DNA of 64,000 bases from Coleofasciculus sp. B1-GNL1-01. Its GTDB lineage: Bacteria > Cyanobacteriota > Cyanobacteriia > Cyanobacteriales > Coleofasciculaceae. This document shows positions 50,028 through 60,267 of this stretch, one piece after another. The notes below the pieces were generated by a model, which saw only the letters and a program-made list of their open reading frames with translations, had not been told where the DNA came from and made no database searches. A program made the translations under genes and the position numbers. The stretch lies in NCBI GenBank assembly GCA_040220235.1, contig JAVJTO010000112.1; one strand, 5' to 3'. The first letter of the stretch is position 1; each line of letters begins with the position of its first letter.

Positions 50028-50280
50028 ATTGGTCATTGGTCATTGGTCATTGGTCATTTGTCATTTGTCATTTGTCAGGATTTGGTGTTAGGGCGGGTTT
50101 TGTTGAGATGTTATCATTGACATTTTAATTGAATAAGGGCGGGTTTTGTTGAGATGTTATCACTGACATTTTAATTGAATAAGGGCGGGTTTTGTTGAGA
50201 TGTTATCACTGACATTCTAATTGTGTGGCTAAACCCGCCCCTACACCCGCCCCTACAATTATTCCTACACCCGCCCCTAC
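50028..50280. repeat. Heptamer STRR run plus three 46-bp REP left-arm tandem copies and three right-arm copies
   Basis: (TTGGTCA/TTTGTCA)n; AGGGCGGGTTTTGTTGAGATGTTATCA at 50090, 50136 and 50182; CCCGCCCCTAC x3. Confidence 0.88.
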
Positions 50281-51470
50281 AATTGATTCGCGATCGCCTC
50301 TACTAACCGATCCATTTCCTCATAGTCCGTAAAGTAATGAACGCAGGCGCGAATGCAGTCGGGATCGCGAAGGGTGCGAAGCTGGAAACTCTTCTCTTCC
50401 AGTTGTTTTACAAGTTGGGAAGAGGGGGTACTATCGGTTAAGACAAAGGAGACTAAACCCGCTTGGGGGGGAGAGGTTAATAAGCAACGCACCGAGTTTA
50501 ACTCAGATAGGCGTTGCCAAAGATACTGACTACGCTGACAAATTTGTTCATAGCGGCTTTGATCCGTTCCCCATTGCTGATGAGTTGCGATCGCCTCTCG
50601 CAATCCAACGTAGAGAGGATAGGCGGATGTCGCGACTTCAAAGCGTTCTCCATCCGGCTTCCAACCGATGGGTTTACCTCTGTTGTCCATCGTAATACCG
50701 CGCCAACCAATAAACGTCGGATGCAGATCGTCTAATACCTCAGGGCGCACGTATAAACCGCCAACCCCCGCAGGTCCACACCACCATTTATGACCCGTAA
50801 AGGCATAAAAGTCTACCCCAAGTTCGCTTAAATTTAAGGGTAAAGAACCAACCGATTGAGCCGCATCGACTAAAATTCGGATCGGGGTGTTTTCTGTCGC
50901 CGTATTACGACAGGTTTCCACAATTTCTTTTAAGGGCAAAACTTGACCCGTATTCCAGAGGATATGACTGAGAACGACTAACCGGGTACGCGGTGTCAGG
51001 TGTTGTTTGATTACGGCGGTAGGATCACCCTGGTTCAGCGTCGCCATAATTGGACAAGTGGACACCTCTACACCAAATCGCCGTCCAATCTCTTCTGCTG
51101 TCGCCACAATACCCGGATGTTCACAATCCGTCAGCAGGATGCGATCGCCCACTTGCCAGTCTATCCCCCAGAAGGCAATATTACAGCCAACAGTCACGTT
51201 TTCGGTGAGGGTAATCGTTTCGGGAGGCGTTCTCAACTCCGACGCGATCGCACCTCGAAGTTGCCCGGTTTGTTCCAACCGCCACTCATTAACCTTACCG
51301 GAGAAGGGTCCGTGAGCCTGAGTATACTCATAAGCCTGTTGAATCGCCGTTAACGACCTGGCGGGGAGAAGCCCTTGACCGCCAAAGTTGAAATAGGCTT
51401 TGTTGGCTAAAGCTGGAAACTGCTGTCGATGGTGTTGCAGATGAGTTGATGCACCAGAGATGTCTGTCAT
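50277..51470 (-). CDS. Class V PLP aminotransferase (cysteine/cystine lyase-like)
   Basis: YFNFGGQG, SHILWNTG, VDAAQSVG and TGHKWWCGP motifs. Confidence 0.88.
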   Translation of the reverse strand: MTDISGASTHLQHHRQQFPALANKAYFNFGGQGLLPARSLTAIQQAYEYTQAHGPFSGKVNEWRLEQTGQLRGAIASELRTPPETITLTENVTVGCNIAFWGIDWQVGDRILLTDCEHPGIVATAEEIGRRFGVEVSTCPIMATLNQGDPTAVIKQHLTPRTRLVVLSHILWNTGQVLPLKEIVETCRNTATENTPIRILVDAAQSVGSLPLNLSELGVDFYAFTGHKWWCGPAGVGGLYVRPEVLDDLHPTFIGWRGITMDNRGKPIGWKPDGERFEVATSAYPLYVGLREAIATHQQWGTDQSRYEQICQRSQYLWQRLSELNSVRCLLTSPPQAGLVSFVLTDSTPSSQLVKQLEEKSFQLRTLRDPDCIRACVHYFTDYEEMDRLVEAIANQL

Positions 51471-51719
51471 TAGCAAGTTTTTACTGTCCCCCAGAATGAA
51501 TCATTATAATCCCAATAATCCCCAGTTTTCAACACGATAAGCATATATACTGATTCATTTTTCGGAAACTCAGCCATTCTGCGTAGGATTATTCAGCGAA
51601 TCAACGGATTATTTGTTACAGGAAGTAAAGCTACTCTGGTAATAAGCTAAAGATATCTAAAACCAATTTCCTATTTTTATTCCTTCCCAGCTCATCTAAA
51701 CTTGCAGGATAATCGTCTC

Positions 51720-52169
51720 ATGAGTAAGATTTTATTGATTGAGGATAGTATCAGCCAGTTAGCATTGATGAATCTTTACCTGCGCGATAGCGGTCATAGG
51801 ATTGTCAATCTAACCAACCCGAAAGAAGCGCTGAATAAGGCAGTTCTTTATCAACCCCATGTCATCGTTACCGACTTAATTATGCCGGAAATGAACGGGT
51901 TTGAGGTGTGTCGTCAGCTTAAAAAACATCCGGATACGCAGGCTATTCCGATTGTTATATGTTCCTCTAAAAGTCATAAGATTGACCGAATTTGGGGCAT
52001 GAAACAGGGGGCTATTGCTCACTTAAGCAAACCATTCTGCCGAGAGCAACTGGTTCGGACGATTAATAAAGCTCGTCTCAGTTCATCAAAAAATTATCAA
52101 CAGTATCGACTGCGTGAACTGATTGAGATCTATTCGTTGGAATGGGGAACCTTGGCAAAGGTTAGCTAA
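51720..52169 (+). CDS. Single-domain CheY/PilH-like response regulator
   Basis: ILLIEDS, TDLIMPEMNGFEVCR and KPF motifs. Confidence 0.9.
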   Translation: MSKILLIEDSISQLALMNLYLRDSGHRIVNLTNPKEALNKAVLYQPHVIVTDLIMPEMNGFEVCRQLKKHPDTQAIPIVICSSKSHKIDRIWGMKQGAIAHLSKPFCREQLVRTINKARLSSSKNYQQYRLRELIEIYSLEWGTLAKVS

Positions 52170-52452
52170 TCGGATTTACTGATGGGATTGTGTTTACTGG
52201 ACTTTGGACAAACAAAGTGCGATCGCGGTTGAGAATAAGGTGGGTTGGGTTGTCCAGTTTTGGATTAATCGATTGCCTTTCGGTGGGGGAATGGGTGGGT
52301 TTTGTTGTTCCGTTATTGGTGGATATTTGAATTGAGTCCCTAAACCCGCCCCTACAATTATCCCTAAATCCGCCCCTACATCTAGTTTTTCTGTCCCAAA
52401 TGCCTTGACGAATAAATTACGCAAATTTATTTTTTTGTCCAAAGTCCAATAC

Positions 52453-53673
52453 TTAAGCGCGAAGCTTAAATTGGGCAATAATAATGCCGATAATGGCTAA
52501 AATGGCGGTGGGATAGAAAGCGTAGGTATAACTGCCAAACAAATCCCGGAGTTGTCCGATGGCGAGAGTCCCTAATAATGCTCCAGCGCCATAGGCGGTG
52601 AAGACAATCCCATAGTTCTTAGCATAGTCCTCTGGAGGAAACAAGATCAGCGTTGCTGTCGGTGCGATCGCCAACCATCCTCCTAAGCAAAGCCAGAACA
52701 GAGAAAAAGCAACCAGATAGGTCAACGCTTGCCCCTCTCCAGCATTGAGCATCAAAATTGAAGCGATCAGAATTAACACATAGGAAATAATAGCCGCTCC
52801 CTTGGGTTGTAGGCGATCCGTTAACCAACCAAATAGAGGACGCCCGATGCCATTGAAGACAGCAAAGATAGAAACCGTAATCGCAGCAGTCGTCGCATCG
52901 AGTTGAATAATTTCCTGTGCCACAGGACTAGAAATACCGATCGCCGAGAGTCCGACAAACGTGCCAATGGTATAGCAAAACCAGAGGGCATAAAAAGACG
53001 GCGATTGCAAGAGTTGTCGTCGCTGATTTTTGCTGCTTTCAATCTGTTTTGGCGTCCAGTTGTGGGGTTTCCATCCGACTGGGGGTAATCTTAAGGTGAT
53101 GGAGATAACCAGAATAATTGCCGTCAAGCTAATCCCCAGAATCGCAAAGCTAGGAAGAACGCCAAACGCCTCAATTAAGCCCTTGGCTAGCGGTGCTGTC
53201 ACCAAGGGAGAAAGTCCAAAGCCGATCGCCGTCAATCCCACTGCCAACCCTTTGCGATCGGGAAACCATTTAGCGGAAACGGCTAGGGGAACACCATAGG
53301 CAATGCCAACTCCCGCGCCAGCAATTACCCCATAAGTAATGGTTAAAAGAATGATATTCGTGGTGAAACTGGAGAGGAGATAACCAATTCCCGTTACCAC
53401 GCCACCAATCGCGGTAATTTTGCTCACGCCGATCTTATCAATGTAGAATCCCGTAATGGGCATCAACAGGGCATAGAGGACTAATAAAAAGGTGAACGGT
53501 AACAAACTTTGGGTGGCGCTGATGCCAAATAAGTCCTCTAGCGGTTTACGGAAGATACTCCAAGAATAGACTGTGCCTAGACACAGTAGGACAAGCGAGC
53601 CTAACGGGATTAAAAACCATCTGCCTTTTTCTGCTGGCAAGCCAAAAACGCGAACAGATTGCCAGTTATCCAT
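52453..53673 (-). CDS. MFS transporter, oxalate/formate antiporter (OFA) family
   Basis: LGTVYSWSIF, KWFPDRKGLAVG, NGIGRPLFGWLTD and KNYGIVFTAYG motifs. Confidence 0.9.
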   Translation of the reverse strand: MDNWQSVRVFGLPAEKGRWFLIPLGSLVLLCLGTVYSWSIFRKPLEDLFGISATQSLLPFTFLLVLYALLMPITGFYIDKIGVSKITAIGGVVTGIGYLLSSFTTNIILLTITYGVIAGAGVGIAYGVPLAVSAKWFPDRKGLAVGLTAIGFGLSPLVTAPLAKGLIEAFGVLPSFAILGISLTAIILVISITLRLPPVGWKPHNWTPKQIESSKNQRRQLLQSPSFYALWFCYTIGTFVGLSAIGISSPVAQEIIQLDATTAAITVSIFAVFNGIGRPLFGWLTDRLQPKGAAIISYVLILIASILMLNAGEGQALTYLVAFSLFWLCLGGWLAIAPTATLILFPPEDYAKNYGIVFTAYGAGALLGTLAIGQLRDLFGSYTYAFYPTAILAIIGIIIAQFKLRA

Positions 53674-53995
53674 AGCATCTCCTGCACATAGCTGATCATC
53701 CAAGAGGATACCATCTGAATCGTACCTGATCAGCTCACTGGGTCAAGTTAATTTTCGGCTCTATGATCCCCTTTGTCGATTGGGTTGAGGTACGTAGATA
53801 GAGCCTTCTTGAAGAATAAGCAAACTTAGCAGGTAGCTTGAAGATTGTCTGCTTTCTCTGACATTCTCGCCTCATTTTCAATGGGGCTAGCAAAATTTTC
53901 TAAGTTGGCTTGTTGCAGCTTGGCATCTGATTCTATATTTTTATACTCACTTAGTTATTTTTACCCGTCCTGACTTACATTTGGACTTTGGACAA

Positions 53996-54681
53996 CTGAA
54001 GTTCCCCCCATCCCGATTGAGGATAGAAGCCGAAACCCGGACTAAGTAAACCTTTGAGCCAATTAGCCCCTCAAATCGTACCCATGTATTTTTAAGATTT
54101 TCTGAATACTCTTGGGAGAAAATTTGTGAGACAATAGGCAAGAAAGTGCGTAAACGTACCCTAGCGAACCTGTCTAAATTGTATGTAATGCCCAAGGATG
54201 TCCAATTGCGGTAGAAGTATTTTCAGGAAATACAGCCGACCCTAGTACATTAACCCAACAGATAGAAAAAGTCCGCACTCGGTTTGGATTAAAGAAAAAG
54301 ACCTAGCTGAAATTACTTGTGAAGACTATCCGGGAGAGAGATTAGTCGCCTGTCGGAATCCCTTCTTAGCCGAAGAAAGAAAAAGAAATCGCGAAGAGTT
54401 ATTACAAGCCACAGAACGGAAATTAGATAAAATAGTCAGCGCCACATCGCGGCAAAGATGCCCATTAAGGGGTGAAGCGGAAATTGGACTGAAAGTGGGT
54501 GAAGTCATCAACAAGTATGGTGTAGCGAAACATTTCAAAATCCAGATAACTCTCGATAGCTTTTCTTACCAAAGAAACAGTGAAAGTATCAATAAAGAAG
54601 CTACATTGGATGGTTTATATGTGGTGAGAAGTTCCGTACCAAAAGAAACACTGAATGCCGAAGATACGGTCAAAGCTTATA
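53996..54681 (+). pseudogene. Degenerate IS1634-family element: left end plus transposase fragments in three frames
   Basis: TIR CTGAAGTTCCCC; fragments GKKVRKRTLANLSKL, CPIAVEVFSGNTAD and YPGERLVACRNP...LDGLYVVRSSV...VKAYK. Confidence 0.85.
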
Positions 54682-54851
54682 AACCCGGATTTCTCACCAC
54701 AATTACCCAAAGGCTCATACAACCTGGATTAACCGTAGAATAAGGCTTTCAACACTCTGTCGAAATTCCGGGTCGGTCAAAAATGCTCGGAACCTACTCC
54801 AGGTAAAGGTTTCGACGATTCAGATAGCAAAACTTGTGAGAAATGCGGGTT
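54682..54851. mobile_element. 170-bp MITE with 16-bp TIRs
   Basis: AACCCGGATTTCTCAC ... GTGAGAAATGCGGGTT (15/16 match). Confidence 0.75.
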
Positions 54852-54940
54852 GTTGGGTTTCGGTTAGGCTCTACCCAACCTACAAGAACATTTTGTGCAA
54901 AAGTGACATGCTCCCGTAGTCCTATTCCTTCTGTAGAAGA

Positions 54941-56959
54941 CTATTCTTCTGAGGTGTCCTCCTCCTGTTCACACTCCTGATCATCATTTTCCTCGCACTC
55001 TTTTTGCGCTTCGTAGTCCTTGAGCAATTGCGCTACTCGCTGTTGAATCTCTAAATGTCGGGCGACGCCTTCGTAGGTATAACGGTTGTAGCCATTGCGC
55101 TGAATTAGGGTTTCAATATTATCAATCCGTTCCTCTGTATTCGGGTGAGTAGACAGCCATGCAAATAAGGGGCGATCGCGGTCTTCTTCATTTAACGTAA
55201 TCATGAGATTATGCAGCCCATCCGCCGCATAGCCGCCAGCAACTAAAATCTTTGTCCCCAACGCATCAGCCTGACGTTCCATGTCCCGGCTATAGTCGAG
55301 AACAATTAAATTGGTGGCGGTGCGACCAAAGGGAATATATTGGGTAACATTGGCAATTAAATTCCCTTCTGTTACCAACTGAAAGCCATGAGATAATACG
55401 GCATGAGCCAATTCATGAGCCAATAACCCTGCCAACTCTGCTTCCGAGTCCGTTTTCAGGATCGCGCCAGCATTGACAAATATCTTTCCACCTGGTAAGG
55501 CAAAGGCATTCAGTTGGTCATCCATGACCACATAAAACTGATACTCAAACTCATCCCGCCCCGCTACGATCGCGAGTTTGTTGCCAATTTCTCGGACATA
55601 CTCCAACACCTGTTCATCTTCCACCATGGGGAGTTGGTTTTGTACCCGTTCAGCAAAACTTTCCCCCACGGCGGATTCACCGCGCAGCATTAACGTGGTG
55701 GTTTCAATTGCCGAAATCGGACCAAAGAGATTTCCAGTAAAAATATAACCCAATGCCCCGGTAATCACATTCGCGATCGCGTTTCCTCTCAGTTCACCCC
55801 GCAGGTGCGATCGATAGCGTTCCAAATTCTCCTCCGCCAACACCTCAAATTCAGCCGCTTGGGGATGATTGAAGTTGAGCATGGCAAATTGACGGGCGGC
55901 TAAGGAGGCTTCTAACCAGCGTTTGGTGTCGGCGAGGGCGGTAACTTTGGCTTTAATTAAATCCGGCTCATTGGGATATAAGGTTGTCGCCCGTTCCAAT
56001 ACCTGAATCGCCTCCTCTTGGCGATCGTACTCCTGGAGGGTTTGAGCATAGCGCAAATGACCGGGAATAAATTCTGGTTGCTGTTCGACTAAAAACTGGA
56101 GGGGGACAAGAATCTTGGTTTCTAGTTCCTGTTCTAACCCTTCCTCAGACTGACGCCAATACACCGCACCCGCAGGTGAGAGTTCACTCGGCTCATAGAT
56201 AGCGACGGGTTTCTCTAGGGCTGCTTCCGTGTCAAAAGAGGCTTTGGCTTCCTGATAAAGCTGTTGGGCGGCGGTAAATTGACCACTCATGTAAAGGCGA
56301 TCGGCTTCAATCAGCTTTTGCTGACGTTCCCGTTCTTCGGGCGTCAGTTCGGGGATTTCGGCGGTAGTTTCGGTGTCGTCTTCTGTATCCGCTGAGTCGT
56401 CGCTGGCGGTTTCTGGGGTTTCTATTGTCTCGACTTCGGTCGAGTCTTCGGCGGTGGTTTCGCTGTCGTCTTCTGCATCCGCTGAGTCATCACTGACGGT
56501 TTCTGGGATTTCTATTGTCTCGATTTCGGTCGAGTCTTCAACTGTGGATGGGGAAGATTGAGTCGTGAACTCTGGTGGTGTTTCCTCAGAGGGGGTTGAG
56601 GGAATTGAAGTGGGTATAGCCTCTGGAATGACAATCGTTTCTGGCGTTTCCGAGGAATCCTCAGCAACGATAACTGAAGGGGAAGCGGCTGAGGGAGTCT
56701 CTGGAATGGCGATCGCTTCCGCCCTGTTTGTGGGTAATTGGTGTTCAACCGTGACTTGTTCAGGTAATCCGATCTGCATCGGGTGATGGAGGGGATCGGA
56801 CGTCTGAACGGTTGGCTCAATTGAGGAATCTGAAACGGTGAGATTTTGAGTAGAACGAATGGATTCGGGGGTTTTCGCAGACTCGGCTAAAACGATAGAG
56901 GTTGAAGTTGGCAGTAGGATGCCTAAGGAGAGTAAAAGGGAATTCCAGAGCAGTTTCAT
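54941..56959 (-). CDS. M48 family metallopeptidase with TPR-like region and acidic low-complexity linker
   Basis: Signal peptide, NAFALPGG, LAHELAH, YSRDMERQAD and LSTHP motifs. Confidence 0.9.
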   Translation of the reverse strand: MKLLWNSLLLSLGILLPTSTSIVLAESAKTPESIRSTQNLTVSDSSIEPTVQTSDPLHHPMQIGLPEQVTVEHQLPTNRAEAIAIPETPSAASPSVIVAEDSSETPETIVIPEAIPTSIPSTPSEETPPEFTTQSSPSTVEDSTEIETIEIPETVSDDSADAEDDSETTAEDSTEVETIETPETASDDSADTEDDTETTAEIPELTPEERERQQKLIEADRLYMSGQFTAAQQLYQEAKASFDTEAALEKPVAIYEPSELSPAGAVYWRQSEEGLEQELETKILVPLQFLVEQQPEFIPGHLRYAQTLQEYDRQEEAIQVLERATTLYPNEPDLIKAKVTALADTKRWLEASLAARQFAMLNFNHPQAAEFEVLAEENLERYRSHLRGELRGNAIANVITGALGYIFTGNLFGPISAIETTTLMLRGESAVGESFAERVQNQLPMVEDEQVLEYVREIGNKLAIVAGRDEFEYQFYVVMDDQLNAFALPGGKIFVNAGAILKTDSEAELAGLLAHELAHAVLSHGFQLVTEGNLIANVTQYIPFGRTATNLIVLDYSRDMERQADALGTKILVAGGYAADGLHNLMITLNEEDRDRPLFAWLSTHPNTEERIDNIETLIQRNGYNRYTYEGVARHLEIQQRVAQLLKDYEAQKECEENDDQECEQEEDTSEE

Positions 56960-57494
56960 CAGCCGATCTCCAGGGATTGCTCGGTAGGGTGTGATGGTAA
57001 CAATGAGGTAGTGGCGCTAGTTGGCTCTACCTAGTCTACCTAGTTAATTAGGGTAGCTCAGTTCTGACTGAATGCGGGTTAACGCTTTAGATGACTCTCG
57101 CGACGAGGCTTGGTTCCACTGAGGTTGGGAGTGTAACGAAGAAGCGCGATCGCTGTTGGTCTGCGACTGTGCAAGTCAACCTCAGTAATCTATTGCCCCA
57201 TCTCCAGTAATCTAGCGACTCGCCCCTGTATTGGATACTTTTTTATTAGCAACTCTCTGATCAAGAGATTACCGATAATTAGCGGTAAAACCTTGGCACA
57301 ATAGGAATATCTGTAAACTGAAGTATTTGATCCAATTCATGTCTGTAAATTTAAAATATTTTTATTTTTTTGAATTTTAACAAAAAACTATATCGAAATA
57401 ATAATACAAAGCAAATCCAGTCTTTGCTCTGGTGAGCTTGCCATTCTATAAACCCTAAGTTATCCTGCAAATAGAAGAAAAATTTGGCTAGTTT

Positions 57495-58970
57495 GTGTTA
57501 GAGAGTTTAGGTATGGATATTCTGTCTTTCCCGTTAGTGAGTTTAAGTGGGGAAAATGAATGGAAAATAAACCCATTGATAGCTATTTTAAGAAGAGCTA
57601 AACTTTTTTGTGCTATCTTCAGCGCAGATAAACCTAGAGTTATCTATCTTATTCAAGCTTTTCTTAGACGAGCCAACCTGAGTGGAGCCGACCTGAGAAA
57701 AGCCAATTTCAGTAAAGTAAGTCTCTTTGAAGCTCAACTCATTAAAACAAATTTGAGTCAAGCCCATTTCAATGGAGCTACTTTCAGAAGAGCCGATCTC
57801 ACTCAAGCCAATCTGAGTCAGGCTCATCTCAAAGCTACGGATTTTTATGAAACCCGCCTCATAGAAATAAACTTAAAGAAAGCTAACCTAACTAAAGCCG
57901 ATCTGACTAAAGCTCAACTCAATCTAGCCAACCTCCATCAAGCTAATCTCCGTCAAGCCAAACTCATTGACGCAAAACTCGTAGGAGCCGATTTTAGTAG
58001 AGCTTCCCTTGAACAAGTAAATTTTGGCATGGCGGATCTGATTGGTGCCAACTTGAGTGGTGCAAATCTCAGGGGCGCTAGTTTTTTTAGAGCTAACCTC
58101 AGCGAAGCTAACCTCAAGGGGGCTAATTTGCAAAGAGTAGATTTCAGAGGCACTGAACTCAGTGGTGCTAACCTTAGTGGCGCTAACCTCAGTGGTGCTA
58201 ACCTGTCTAAAGCTGATCTCAGTGGTGCGAATCTCAGTGGTGCGAATCTTAGTGACGCCAAATTAATTAGAACTCAAGCCTTAGCTACTAACTTTGAAGA
58301 AGCAACACTAACCGGAGCATGTATTGAAGACTGGAATATTAATGGAGAAACAAACTTAAATTGCACGACTTGCCTTTATATTTATCTACAGGAATATCAA
58401 CAAGATCGCCGTCCTCATGTCGGTGAATTTGCACCAGGAGAATTTACTCAACTCTTCCAGAAAGCTCTAGAAACCGTTGATCTGATTTTCCGTGATGGTG
58501 TTAACTGGAAAGCTTTTGCTTATTCCTTTGCCAATACTCAGATAGTTCATGAAGATGTTCCATTGGGTATCCAAAGTATTGAAAACAAAGGAGATGGAAC
58601 GGTTTTGATCAAGGTTAGTGTTACAGCTAATACTGATAAAGGTAAGATTGACAATGACTTCTGGCATAACTATAAGTTTGTACAGGAAGCGCTAGAAAAA
58701 CAATATCAAGCTAGGATAGCAGACAAAAATGAACACATTAATCAACTTTTTGATTTAGTAAATCACTTACAAAAACAACTCGGCACTATTCCTAAACTAA
58801 TGACAGAAGCTTACACAACTAAATACGATTGGGATTTCCATGCTCCTGTCGTAAGTGTTGGTAATCAAGGCGTACAGGGAAATTTAGCTACAGAGAACCA
58901 AGGTTGTCAAAAAAACAGGCAAGACAATGATGACCTAGAGTCAAAGTCAACTTTAACCGAAGCCGCCTAG
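57495..58970 (+). CDS. Pentapeptide repeat protein with conserved C-terminal region (start uncertain)
   Basis: Long ANLSG repeats, then LTGACIEDWNIN, FAPGEFTQLFQ and IQSIENKGDG. Confidence 0.85.
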   Translation: MLESLGMDILSFPLVSLSGENEWKINPLIAILRRAKLFCAIFSADKPRVIYLIQAFLRRANLSGADLRKANFSKVSLFEAQLIKTNLSQAHFNGATFRRADLTQANLSQAHLKATDFYETRLIEINLKKANLTKADLTKAQLNLANLHQANLRQAKLIDAKLVGADFSRASLEQVNFGMADLIGANLSGANLRGASFFRANLSEANLKGANLQRVDFRGTELSGANLSGANLSGANLSKADLSGANLSGANLSDAKLIRTQALATNFEEATLTGACIEDWNINGETNLNCTTCLYIYLQEYQQDRRPHVGEFAPGEFTQLFQKALETVDLIFRDGVNWKAFAYSFANTQIVHEDVPLGIQSIENKGDGTVLIKVSVTANTDKGKIDNDFWHNYKFVQEALEKQYQARIADKNEHINQLFDLVNHLQKQLGTIPKLMTEAYTTKYDWDFHAPVVSVGNQGVQGNLATENQGCQKNRQDNDDLESKSTLTEAA

Positions 58971-59048
58971 TTTTTTATTGCCGATAAAAGTGCCACAGCC
59001 AAAGGCAGCTCTTGAATTAACCACCGACAAGAATAACTTCTACAGCTC

Positions 59049-59465
59049 ATGCCAGAATCTAAAAAACAAATCAACATTCACGCCCCTGCAATCAGCGTTG
59101 CTAATGAAGGAACACAGGGTAATCTAGCGGGGAAAAATGTAGGCAGACAACAAAGCATCATAAATAACAACTACGCCCCCGAACAAAGACAAATCCTGGC
59201 TGATGCAGCACAGGAAATTCAAGCCATACTTGAACAGCTTGATAAGTTCTATGACATCAACACCAACACGGGTAAGATGGCATTAACCCTTGAAGCCGTG
59301 CAACGCATTGAAAGCAATCCCACACTAGCCAAGCGAATTCTCAGTGCTTTAGCAACAGGCAGCGTTAAAGCCTTTGAACAGTTCCTCAACCATCCTGCTG
59401 CCAGCTTTGTTATCGGAGCATTAGAGGATTGGGAAAAAACGAAGGAACATCCAACAACCCAGTAG
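59049..59465 (+). CDS. Hypothetical protein resembling the usual C-terminal helical domain of such pentapeptide proteins
   Basis: LADAAQEIQAILEQL...IESNPTL..RILSAL...LNHPAASFVIGALEDW. Confidence 0.7.
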   Translation: MPESKKQINIHAPAISVANEGTQGNLAGKNVGRQQSIINNNYAPEQRQILADAAQEIQAILEQLDKFYDINTNTGKMALTLEAVQRIESNPTLAKRILSALATGSVKAFEQFLNHPAASFVIGALEDWEKTKEHPTTQ

Positions 59466-59688
59466 TTGGTGTTTCGCTTGTGTTTTAGGGGATGGGCATC
59501 TTACTCGTCTAGTTCATAACGTCTCAGATTGTAGAGGCGTTTCCGGCAACATCTCTACAACTTACTAAATTTTATTTTCTGACAAATTATCCTGTCCGTA
59601 ATTATACGGTATTTCTTGGAGAGAAGCTCGACAATCTTTAAAAAAATTTGATTAAATAGGACAAAAATCATCCACATTCAGATAATCA

Positions 59689-60093
59689 ATGGGCAATCTT
59701 ATGCAATCACAGGCAGCTTCCTCCCCCAATAGTCGCCCTTGGTATGAAAAAGAGGACGGTACTTGTACTATTTTGGAGCCAACCCTCGTTGACATTGGAG
59801 CCAATCAACCGCCTCACCTGATGTTCCCAGTCCACTGGGCTAAATCCCTGGAAATTTTGCCCAAAGCGAAACAGATAGCAGACGAACACCAAGCCATGTT
59901 AGTTTTACTGCTCCATGGCGAGGCATCAAACAGTGAAATTATGTCGCTAGTCTTACAATTAGCCGAGACTCAAGTTCTACCGTTATGGATTGGGGAGCAA
60001 AATCGCCGGAAAGTGGGTCAAATTATTTCCATGTTGTCCAACCAGCTTCAAGGAAATTCTAACCGGGTAGAGGGGAATACCAGTCCGTCTTAA
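59689..60093 (+). CDS. Hypothetical protein
   Basis: 134-aa ATG ORF with globular composition. Confidence 0.6.
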   Translation: MGNLMQSQAASSPNSRPWYEKEDGTCTILEPTLVDIGANQPPHLMFPVHWAKSLEILPKAKQIADEHQAMLVLLLHGEASNSEIMSLVLQLAETQVLPLWIGEQNRRKVGQIISMLSNQLQGNSNRVEGNTSPS

Positions 60094-60267
60094 GCGGTTC
60101 GGCATTTAAACCTTAATGTCAATCATGGCGAGCCAGCCAGCTCGCTACTAATCCCCAATTGAAAGGCATGACAGCTTAACCGAAAGTAGCTCGCTTGCCA
60201 AGATGTTGAAGTCTTGGCGATTCACTCAAACAAGCGATAAAATCGGTGTCAAGACATTGACAAAGCC

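Noticed and set aside
50090..50230. Possible CRISPR array (three regularly spaced repeats)
   Set aside because: The units are contiguous near-identical 46-mers with no unique spacers, belong to a dispersed REP family, and have no cas genes nearby.
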